From Octopus bimaculoides (Eukaryota), in the NCBI RefSeq assembly GCF_001194135.2, contig NC_068981.1, forward strand, positions 172,505,821 to 172,569,820: DNA of 64,000 bases, read 5' to 3'. Below, in pieces: positions 53,055-64,000 of this stretch. The notes below the pieces were generated by a model, which saw nothing but the letters and a program-made list of their open reading frames with translations, was not told where the DNA came from and searched no databases. Made by a program: the position numbers and the translations under genes. The stretch's first letter is position 1. Each line of letters starts with the position of its first letter.

Positions 53055-53759
53055 ATTTCTCCAGCTGCTTCCCACAAATCCTAATTACCATACAATCAAC
53101 AGCTCTACTTTAGGCACTAAATATAATTTCTAAAAACGAAAAACTCTTCATCTAACATATGAGCATACTACTGGAGCAGTCCATAGCTACCCATGCAGCC
53201 AGATAACCAATCCACTTAATTTTTGATTCACTGATCTATCAAACATCCCAATACACCATTTACGCTAACTACACAATACTGAATTACTCATGAATAGAGA
53301 ACACTTCTTGTACTCTGCTGCCAAATTTTTGGAAAAATGGCCATCATTCAAGCCCATCCGATAAGAAAAATTCTAAAAATGTATCAAATTACAAAACAAT
53401 TAAACAGCATAAATTATTAATTAATAAAGCCACAAAATTTAAATTTTAACAATAAAGAATTTTTTTTTAATGACAGACATGAAATATCCGATGATTTTTT
53501 TTTCCCCACTAAAGCACTTAGTAAAATGACAAAGACTTTATTTTTTAAACTAAAAGTGTTTGATGTTGATAAGCATGTGTCAAGTAATTGTTTTTGTTAC
53601 TATCACTACTAACTATCAAAGTACTTAGAATACTTTGTAACCATTATTCCTTTTCATATCAATAGCAATATCAAGTATACTGCTTCAAGTTTTGGTACCA
53701 AGAGCAACTATGTACCATTCAGATTAGCAAATCTGATTATGAAAAGAAAATATTACCTA

Positions 53760-53915
53760 CAACATTGATTTCAAATTTTGGCACAAGGCCAGCAATTTTT
53801 GGGGAGGAGGCAAGTCAGTTACATCAACTCCAGTATGCAACTGATACTTACTTTATTGACTCTGAAAGGAAGAAAGGCAAAGTTATACTCTAGCACCAGT
53901 GATTTCAGAAATGGC
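53760..53915 (-). mobile_element. Degenerate SINE of the 11.5-kb family
   Basis: tttcaaattttggcacaaggccagcaatttt is the reverse complement of aaaattgctggccttgtgccaaaa at 11.94 kb. Confidence 0.65.
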
Positions 53916-56900
53916 TGATAAACTATTAGATAATGGTCTTGAAACTAAGTCTCAATTCCAAGATACAGATGAAATTATTACTGCTAAATTGTACCATTTT
54001 AATGAATAGAATGAAGTACTTTTATGTACCTTACATTAAAAAAAAACCCCATAAAAATAATGAATTGCACACCTCAGAAAAAAAAAAAAGGAGAGTATCA
54101 ATGGTTACATTTTACATTAGCATAAACTAATTATAAAGAGATCAGTTATGCATGATTAATCACTATCTAATTTTCTGGCCATTTAATTATATTAAATTAC
54201 ACATTGATACTTGTATAACTGGATTTATATCAATAACATATCTATTCATTTTTAATATGTTCTGGCAAATTCAAGCATGAATATCTAATTGTTGTTGTTT
54301 GTTGTCATCAGAGAACACATCAATATAAGGGAACGGTGAGACACTGCAAGGTTTCAACCTTATTGTGTCTCATTAGTTAAAGCCTACCAGACTGATGCAT
54401 CTAACAAGTATACAAGTTCTTGTTTATAGAAATCAGCAGACAAATTACTTGCCGATGCCTGCCAAACAGATAATAATTCATGGGGTACACACAGAGAATA
54501 TATTAAGAATGAATAGTTACATTATTGTTTAGATTACTACTGTTCTGCATGCACCCAATAAATTATTATCTGTTTGATAGCATTCATTGGCAAGTAATTT
54601 GTTTGAGGATTTCTATATATAAGACCTCATGCTTTTGTTATATTCATCAGTCCAGTAGAGTAGCTTTGACTGAAGAGACATGTTATGAGGTTGAAATATT
54701 GCAGTGTCTCAAAGTATCCTTACACCAATGAATGTGTTATAAACATGTATCATCCAAAGGAGATGTTCTCCAATGCAAATAAATAAGTAAAGAATTCATA
54801 AATAAATATAAAAGCAATCAGACATATTCAAGTCTGCCAAAATGTATAAGAATGAACACAGATATTATTGTTTAGACTCCCACTGTTCTACATGCAACCT
54901 ATGGATTTATTTCCTTATTCTTCTAAAGGTGAATTTCATATTACTGTAACATAAAACATTATAGTTTTAAGAGCTAATGAATATGAGAAAATTTTAAAGA
55001 TTCAGAGAATTTTCACTTGGAATTAATACAGTTCTTTGTTAATATAAAAATTTACAGATGACTATATTCCATTTAACAAATCAGGTCATTAACATTTTCA
55101 AAAATATCTTATAATAGGTTATTTTGTTTAGACCAAAAGAATTTTTTTATTCTAAGCAGATTAAAAAAAAAAAGAAAGAAAGAAATGCTAAGCACTTATA
55201 AAATTTCTACAATTATTCTTTACCTATTGCAAAAGCATTTGCACAAAAAATATTGCATATACTTGCAAGGGAGATAATTTCCTTTTTTTTTTTAATGCAT
55301 GACATGTTTCATTATGTGCTCAGAAAATGCAAAAGAAAATCTTAGTACAAACTTAAGTTACTTAATGATATTAGTGATTAGAAATGATTTCTATTAGATA
55401 TATCCCCTTAATAATGAGGTAACTTTTGATAAGCAACACACTAACATTCAAACCTATTTATCTATTTAATAAAGAAAAATTTACATCTCATAATAAAATT
55501 CCATTGCTTTAATGTTTTACAAAAGTAATTTCCACTCATACAATTTGAAAAATCTTGGCAGATCCCTGTCACATAAATTTCAAGAGAAGAAACCAAACAA
55601 AAACAATCTTTAATTTTTAAGCTGAGGTTAAAGCTTATGGTCCACAGTAAGTTTTAAAAATAAATACACAATATCCATGACTTATAAACTAGAAGTGGTC
55701 AAACAAATAAGTTATGAATATATTACGTCATAAAACTGCATAACAATTATAGCTCTGAGGAAGCTATGAGGTGATGCAAAAGCACTCAGCGACAAGTGCA
55801 TTACATCTTATAGCAGAAACTGCTGTAAACTAATGAAGTTCACTGCATAATTTCCTGTTCCTTTGTCCTTTATTTAATTTCATAAAAATAAATACATAGA
55901 TGGCATTTTAAACAGTATTAGCAAATTCTTTGTGTTGTGTTCTGAGATTTACAAAGCAATTTTTCCACATATTCCTCATCTCAAGAAATAGTCAAATGCC
56001 AGATCTTCTTTGGTATATCAATTACACAGCAATAATCATCTGTACATAAGTTTAAAAAAATTTTTCTTTTGTCCAGCTAGCATAAATATTAAAATGTACC
56101 AAATTTTTGCAGCAGCTAATGTCAATAACATCTAGTTGCTTTATGTAGTAACTTACTCAGTTTCCAATATTTTACATGCATCTGTATCATATATTTTTCT
56201 TGACATGCATTTAAAAAGGCAGTAATAAAGATATAGTTACAAAATCGCCCTCTCCTCTCATTAATCAACACCTAACATAATTTAGGTTCATACCCACTAA
56301 TTTTGAGATATATAGAAATTGAATTTTATGTACTTCAAATATATATGATTGTCATTACAGAAATGTATATTTCCATGCATCCCTATATCATAGTATCTCA
56401 TCATCTTTCTGAGGTCTAGTTTAAATATTTCTAATTGCATGAATAGTTTCATATAAGTTAAATTGACTCATCTACATAAGGACAGCAATACCATGTCCTT
56501 TTTCAACTCAGTAACATCAATTTGAGTTTCATGTGACACTCCACTTCTTACCCTTCAGTTGTCCAGTTTTATCTTCACTGGCAATCTTCTCTTTTTAATT
56601 TATTTGTTACTTCATCCCTTCTAACCAACAAGCATGCCAATAATCAATGTTTTTATTAGCCATAGATCATAACGAAACTAATTTTCCCTCACTTGCAAAT
56701 ATATAAGTAAAAATAAAAAGTCATCTGTTATCAAGAGGTTTATAATTTCATAATGGAAAGTAATTTTTGTATTCTGAAGAAAAAAAGATGAAGGTAAGTT
56801 TTTAAATCTGTTAAGGATTCCTAACATTCAACATAATTTGATTTTTTAAAAATCCTGAAAGGATTTGAAAATATTAAATTTCCTACAAGAGGTTTCTTTA

Positions 56901-58110
56901 CTCCGAAACAAAAATAGCATTTATCTTAAAAGCATTGTGCTTTAACATCTTTAAATGTTATTCACAAGTTCGTGGAAACAAAATTAATCAGAAAAGGCTT
57001 ATTAATCAACTTCCAGAGATAAAGAAGCAGATATATTCCTAAATGTAATTCAAGCTTATCACTTGGCAAATAGGGACACTTTTGGTGGACATGAGTGATT
57101 ATACTCAGTCAAGAGTATCATGTAGGAAGAGGCTAAAAAAAGGTCAACTTGTCCTTTTGGATACCACCACACTAAAGAGCAACACAATGGAATTTTAAAA
57201 AATACAATAGAAAAAAATAATCTGGAGTAATTTATCAAGGTATTTAGTATCTTCATTACTAAGATATTCTAGACGAGAGAAGGAATTCCAGTCGAGACAA
57301 TCTACAAGCACCGCATATTAATAAATATCATAATTTTAATAAAAATCATGTGATGCGGATGATGAAAGCAATGTAGTAACTACTGGTAATAAAGACGATC
57401 GTTTCACCTTTGTTTAATGAAATTAACTTAATATTGATGAGCTTTGATAATGCAAAAGAATGAGACAATTTGCAATCCACGAACGCCAAATCGAATGCAA
57501 GAATTTGATTGAGTGTATAGAATATATATATATATAATATACATTACTGTGAATGAATTTTGGTGAAATCAGATGACAACACTTGGAATACATTGTAAAG
57601 GAAGATTAGACATAATTCGATAAAATCAAATGAATTTGTCCTCAATATAGAATGTACACAAATATATTTAACCCGATTATTATTTCGTTGAAGCAAGAGA
57701 GAAATCGATTAGTTCAGCAACTGGGTCAATAAACATCCCACTAGCATTTAACCTAAGACCGACCCAGAGACGAAGAACGACGTCCAATCTAAAATACTAG
57801 TGATGGAAAAACATCTTCGAGAATGAAATAAATGGAACATGAGATGGCAATGTAGCAACAGTTGACTTAAAATTAAGTTTGTTAAATTTCTGATATCATT
57901 TAATTATGTTCTATAATTAATAATGAAGGTAACAAATGTCAGTATACAAAACAGCAATCCAGATATTGATTTTCAACAGATGAATAGATTTTGATTAGAA
58001 ATGCCTCAACAGTTTACATTAGTCACAATATCGAAAGTAAAGGAATGTTATTACATATTTATTGCAATCAAATTCTCAGTGATTTGAACGTGAAATTTAT
58101 GGAACCATTT

Positions 58111-58120
58111 GGGGGCGGGG
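58111..58120 (+). promoter_or_regulatory. Sp/KLF-type GC box GGGGGCGGGG in proximal STXBP1 intron 1
   Basis: Perfect GC box in otherwise very AT-rich DNA, about 550 bp from exon 1. Confidence 0.35.
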
Positions 58121-58655
58121 TTTTATTAGAAAGACATTTGCAATCACTTCATTTAAGATGAAGAAAAACTAGCAAAATCATAATTAAAAGGTCAAATCAG
58201 TAAACGGAGCTATAATTTAATAAAAGAAGTGTACAGTTCGATGTTCTAATTTCATGTAAAAGAAATACAATCATTTTTAATTCAATAGAAAAAATGGGAG
58301 TGATACTAATAAACATATTCTTTAGCATAAGAGAAAATCTCCAACTGAAATAAGATTTCACTTGAAACTATATGAAAAAAAAATCCCTTAACTGGTTTTT
58401 ATTTAAACATCTTTTCAGATAGTGCAAAATTAAAATCGAAACATCATTTAGTTAAAAAGGAAAGCATAATTTGACATTTGACTAAGAAAGATATGCCTTC
58501 TGCATCCGACAGGCGTAAGAAAAATTACGCTCAAGAAAATACCAGTAAATATAATTAAAATTCTATAAATTCAGATTGTTTATTGCTTTCAACAAAACAA
58601 TAGTAATTGCAGAATGACAAAAATAAATAAATAAATAAAACGTTTAATCACTTAC

Positions 58656-58683
58656 TTTCGTGAACTGCTGATTTGAGCGCCAT
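58656..58683 (-). CDS. STXBP1: STXBP1 coding exon 1 (28 nt): MALKSAVHE
   Basis: ATG in aaaATGg context, GTAAGT donor, phase 1 matching exon 2; matches the N-terminus of invertebrate neuronal Sec1. Confidence 0.93.
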
Positions 58684-59236
58684 TTTGAAGGTTTTTTTCT
58701 GAAATCCTCGATCGTAGTAAAATCTGGAATGCTGGGAAAGTCAATCAAATCATAATCAATATACTGATTACACTTAATACTTATCTTCACGAATTATAAC
58801 AAATGAAACGCCTACAATTTCTCTCGCATAAAATTGCTTCTAAAATTAAAGGATTATTTTTTTCAATGAAAGACAAAAATTTATCAATTTTCTTTCAGGC
58901 CCGGAACTGTTTACTGGTTGATATCATTGAGTATTTCGTAAACTTCACTTGCCGGAAACCATCGATTTTAGCCGAACTTCATCTTCGTTGTTTTTCAGAC
59001 TGCGGCGTTTGTCACTATGCGATTACTTGCTACTACTACTACTATTAGTTGTTTTCCTCCTCTTGCTACTACTGCGAGGAGGAAACAGATGCAGTAGTTG
59101 CTGGCTTTACAGTTGTTGTTAGTAAATGGCTGCTGTGTTTTGTTATTCTTTATCTTCGGGCCTTCCGATGTACGATCTGGTCTTTCCCACTCTGGACTTT
59201 GTAGAACATGACGTAAAATAACTACCATCCTTAAAG

Positions 59237-59261
59237 ATGTCTGGAAAAGCAGAAAAAACAG
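59237..59261 (+). CDS. Putative first coding exon (25 nt, MSGKAEKT) of an unidentified divergently transcribed gene
   Basis: aagATGt Kozak-like context, strong CAG|GTAAGC donor, preceded by a GC/CpG-richer leader starting near 58990. No convincing second exon found before 64000, so the product is unknown. Confidence 0.55.
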
Positions 59262-60670
59262 GTAAGCTTCCGAGATCGGGTAAATAAGAGGATTAAATGT
59301 CGAGGACGGAAAAGGTAACGGAATTGAATGAAGCGTCAAGCAACGGGGATATAATATAAATGATACAAGAATAGTAGTAAATATATGTGTATTTTTTTCA
59401 CCTGTGTAGATAATTCAAGTAGTAATATATTGGGTGTATACTGCATAAAGAATACTAATTGACTTCATCGATGGCAATGAGTGTGAATGTAAATTTCGAA
59501 ATCCTATCTCCACTGACTAATGCACACTTACACGCACTCACAAATATACATTCATACTTATGTGTGTACGTGTATCTTTGTATATATAATGAATTCAATA
59601 TAGTGTGAAAATATATATATATATAAAAAGAAATTGCTCGCTTATTGGGAGTGGCTCAGGTTTTGTTTTATGATGAACTGCTAAAATTTAGTTTGTTTAG
59701 AAATATATTTAAGTTTGAGCCAACTGTACTTACTCATTAAGGACTATCCGGAACGTTTATATATATANNNNNNNNNNNNNNNNNNNNNNNNNNNNNNNNN
59801 NNNNNNNNNNNNNNNNNNNNNNNNNNNNNNNNNNNNNNNNNNNNNNNNNNNNNNNNNNNNNNNNNNNNNNNNNNNNNATATATATATATATATATATATA
59901 TAGATGTGTGTGTGAGTCTACAGCAGTAGAAAAGTCAGTTTGTACTGTCGGCTGTATTTTACCAAGATTTGATCGTCGGTTTTAGCCTCATCAAGATAAA
60001 TGACAATAAAAAATTGGCAGATCAAATTATATGAAAAGAATATTTCTTTACCACCCGTTTTTCACTCTGATTTTTGTAAAGATCATTAATAATTGACTAG
60101 ATAGTTTAAATATATATCTTGACAATGAATTTGTATTCACTTATTTTAGATGACGTCTCTGTCTATATTCTCTTAATATGTTCTTGAATTTTTCATTCCC
60201 TTCATTATCAATCACTATAATTTGTACGTCTCTAAATAATTAGCTCGAAATTCGTGTTTCTCTCTCTCTCTCTTAATCAAGCTTATTCAGTCAGCTATTT
60301 TGTCATCGTTTAAATCACTTGTCTTATCAGTACCGGTGATACTAAGAATATATTAAGAAAACAGCTGTTGTTTAGTATTAATAAAACCATCATAAAAAAA
60401 ATAACGTTCCCTAAACTCTCAAAATTAATATATTCTACAGGTTTAACCGAATATCTGAAATTTCGTCTTCCTTGAAGAGGAAGGGGTGGGCATAAAAAGT
60501 AGATCTCTGCTTTAATTTATTGGTAGCTAATTGTGGTTCGGATTACACTGCATTTGATTTCACACTAATTGTCGCTTCTCAACTAATATATATTTATTAA
60601 CAGAATAACTGTGTGATCAACTGTTATCACTTAACTCCTGCATTAGTCTTTCAGACTGCTCTGTTGGCTG

Positions 60671-60725
<55 letters not shown>

Positions 60726-63700
60726 ATGTGGAGAAAAGTTGAAAATATCGGTGCCATACAGTCGAAGCGGATATAATGTACATGAGGTTAGCTAATCTAT
60801 TCTGAAGCAAAAGGGAATATTAAAAAGTCCGGTCTCGCTTATTGTCAAATTACTCGTTTTTCGCTTCCACTTCAATCTTACGTAGTACGTAGGTATTTGC
60901 TACTGGTATCAAATGCATTATCCATACATGCATTTGTGCAGACACATGTATGGACACATAGACACAATTGTAATACAAAATATGCACAAGCCGAAATTAA
61001 AATGCTAGTCTTCCGGTTTTCTACTTTTAAGTCTTGTGTGTGTGTGTACTTCAGAGTGCACTTGGTAGGCTTGCGTTCAGTATTGATACTAGCATATGCG
61101 ATGTGTTCGTGTGTGAGCATATGTAATATATTTCTGCTGGATACAAATTAAACAGATCGGTTATGAGATTCGGATTGAGCAAGATACTCTCGGTAGTGCT
61201 AGCTTAAAATCAATGTGATTATTATTTTCCCTTATTTCTGTCAGGTTTTAAGCACTGCTTAACATATTGAGACGGATAAAAACAAATATTACATTGTCAA
61301 GTACTTGACCATTTCTGTCAAAACCCATGCATCGTATCTCTTTGACTTCAATTTTTTATCATGTGTGTTTAAGTCGTCTGTATCTCATCAGATATGGAAC
61401 TAACTCCATTTCTAAACTGAAGTAAATTTGTGTCTAGATAATTTCCTTGTTTTCAGCTTCAACTTGATAGATATGTGTGTGTGTGTGTGTGATTTCATAG
61501 AATGTAATTTAAGTGATCCAGGTTGTGTCTACTGTATTTAGCAGTGACACGGAGCTTGACATGAATGAATTACTTGGTCAGTACCTTATGGTCTTGAGTT
61601 CAAATCTATTCGAGATCACTAAGATAGATGCGGAAAGAATTGCTGTGGGTTTCTTTTGATGAATGATGATGGTTCTAGATAGGATACAACAGTGGAGTTG
61701 ATACGTACAATAAGCCGGATTACAGATTTTCCCCCATTCCCACTAGATTCAACTTTGCTTCTTTAGAAACGACGGTCGACGAAGTACCAGTGTAAGATAG
61801 TGTTAATTCAATCGGCTACAGCCCTTCTTGCCTTAAAAATGGCTTCATATCTTGTATAAAAACATCAAATCATTGATGTGTGTGTGTGCGTAAATATACA
61901 TGTACGTATGTATGTATACCCAACGAAATGTCAAAGTATGTGTATGCTCATACACGCACACACATACACACACACGCACACATATATATATATAACCAAT
62001 GCCTATAAAACAGGTTCCCTTAATATGACGAATATTCATATTTGTGTAATTGTTTAAATTTTGCATCGACATGTTACATCTCTGTTAGTGTATATGCTAA
62101 GTCTAAGCTGACAATTAATATTTCTGTCGAATATTTGATTATTCTCCTATCAGTTATATCATAAAGCGGAAACATCGATGAAAGAAAACCAGTCCTTGTT
62201 TTGTCTGTTGTTTCTTTCTTTTTTTTCTTTTTAATTTCTTCTTCACCATTATCGTTTTTGTTCGTCAGTAAAGTTTAGTCAAATACAGAAAGATTTGTCA
62301 TTATATTATTGTTTGAAGTAGTTAATGTTAATACCACTAGATGATATTTCCGAACAATTCATAGTAGTAGTTTTCTGTCTAGAAGTGGCAGTATTATAAA
62401 TGTGCCCTTATTTATTCAGCCTGTCATGGAAATGTGAATTATTACTAGTCTTTTAAGACGTCTTGTTATAATAGAATAGATACACATTAAATGAAAATGA
62501 CCTATTTATTATTCTTTTTGCTTATTATAGTAATCAATATTATATAGAAATATCTAAATATTTTTTGGTGAGTGTCAGTCCCAAATTATAAAACTTACCT
62601 TAGCCAACATTGAATTATTTAAAAATCTCTGTTCTCATTCAGATAGAAATTTTGTTTTTACTGTCCTCAATGACATGAAATAATAGAGACAGTTAATTAA
62701 TTTGAACCTCACTGTTGAAATTTATTAAGTATTGCAATGGCTTCATTTGCTTTTGAGATTTACATGTATACATTTGCCTTAAGTCTAATATATCTCATGT
62801 TTTTGAATTTTCTCAGTTTTTTTTTTCTTTTGCCTTGAGCCACTTAAGCTTTATTCTCACTGATTTTTTTTTTCAATCTCTTAAGTTATTCATCATATTC
62901 TTTGCTAGATTTAACCATTTTCATTTCTATTTTTAAATACATAAACATCCAAAATTCAAGTAGTAAAAGTTTCTCTAATTTTGTAAACCGTCAGGTTACT
63001 CTAGCAAATACATTTGTCTGCCCTACAATATAATAGGAATAATGAGTGGATAAAAATTGTATAGTGGGCGAAATGCCAGTTATGAAATGAATCCAGCTGG
63101 CAGATACATTCACTGAGCAGACATCAAAAGAATAAATAAGAATTTATTAGAATTTTCTTTCTTTGTAAAATTATAGATTTTTTTTTCCTCCTTTTTCCTC
63201 CTCAAATTTAAGGAAAGTTTGGTAACAGAAGTTATATCTTTGGTTCAGTATTTGGAGATAAGAAGAAAAAAGAAATTTAATCCTTCACTAGGAGGTGTGA
63301 GCTAAACAGCCAGTTGTCTAGCATAAATACATTTTTAAGATCCCCTTTAAAAAAAAAGGGAGAAAATCTCTAGTTAGTTGTAATCTTCAATCTGTTGCAT
63401 ATCTATCACTCCCATTAGTTTTAGAATTTTTTTCTATTGTCATGGTGCTTAATTTTGAAACTAAAAATATTACTGAATAGATTGAAGTTGATTAAAAAAA
63501 AATTTTTGTTAGAATTATTAGTTTGAAGAAATATGAGGATATTTTCACATAATAAAAATTTTCATTTGTTCAGCTAGAAAAACAAAAGATTTTTGTTAAA
63601 TTGAACTGATTATCATGACTAATTATATTCCCATAACCTGTTCACTGTATCATGATCATTAATTTCTACAACAAAAGACTATTAAAATGATACTTATAAT

Positions 63701-64000
63701 TATCAAATGTTTATCATAATTTTGACTAATATTTATTTATGAATTCCCTTTTATAATAAGCAAGGTTAAACTGGAAAATTTTTCATCTATATTGTTTTTT
63801 TTTTCATATCTGAATGTTGTAAATTCAAATGAAGTTTATTTTTGTTTTGAAGGTACTATAGAAATAAATATAAAAATTTAAATATTTATAATAGGAAATG
63901 AAAGACTGTGTAATCACTTTTTGTTAAAATAGGGATTTCTGATTCAATGAATAGCAGTTGAGAAATAGCAACTAAAATCAAAACTTTGAAAGATTGTTCT

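Larger units (their letters stand above)
360..58683 (-). other. STXBP1: Munc18-1/STXBP1 (Sec1/Munc18 family, unc-18/Rop) gene span, exons 1-14; 3' end continues beyond coordinate 1
   Basis: 14 exons join into one open frame of 1550 nt from MALKSAVHEKIMNDVV to GPRPSCQQPI, with hallmark Munc18 motifs ([62 protein letters not shown]). Confidence 0.98.
58600..59340. promoter_or_regulatory. Putative bidirectional, CpG-rich promoter region between STXBP1 (-) and the divergent + gene
   Basis: Head-to-head start codons 554 bp apart; YY1-like CAAAATGGCG (58678-58687, - strand) overlapping the STXBP1 ATG; two ETS-like CCGGAA cores (58901, 58952); CpGs visibly frequent. Confidence 0.65.

Noticed and set aside
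54504-54900. About 55-bp imperfect direct repeat (54504 and 54847)
   Set aside because: Short, diverged and AT-rich; most likely an old local duplication with no evident function.
58995-59339. 114-aa minus-strand ORF
   Set aside because: Antisense to the + gene leader and upstream of the STXBP1 start; no domain similarity.

Overview
AT-rich eukaryotic genomic DNA from a coleoid cephalopod, most likely Octopus, judged from the repeat families and the similarity to squid neuronal Sec1. The window is dominated by one minus-strand gene, the neuronal SM protein Munc18-1/STXBP1 (unc-18/Rop orthologue). I reconstructed 14 coding exons (58683 down to 360, 1550 nt, 516 codons + 2 nt), all with GT-AG borders and consistent phase; the last exons lie beyond coordinate 1. 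A second gene appears to start divergently on the + strand about 550 bp from the STXBP1 ATG (first exon MSGKAEKT, unidentified), in a CpG-rich bidirectional promoter. The introns hold RTE and CR1/Jockey-like LINE fragments, two Penelope-like elements, a Ty3/Gypsy 3' LTR remnant, several SINE families, MITEs and microsatellites. No prokaryotic-type system (CRISPR etc.) is present and I see no clearly novel multi-gene system. The best leads are RNA-level: a sense-strand minimal hammerhead ribozyme motif in intron 1, several long intronic fold-back/inverted repeats (possible ADAR or back-splicing substrates), candidate A-to-I recoding codons, a tRNA-Met-like 309-bp unit beside an assembly gap, and a uORF-rich leader on the divergent gene. 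Repeat boundaries are approximate; all alignments were done by eye.
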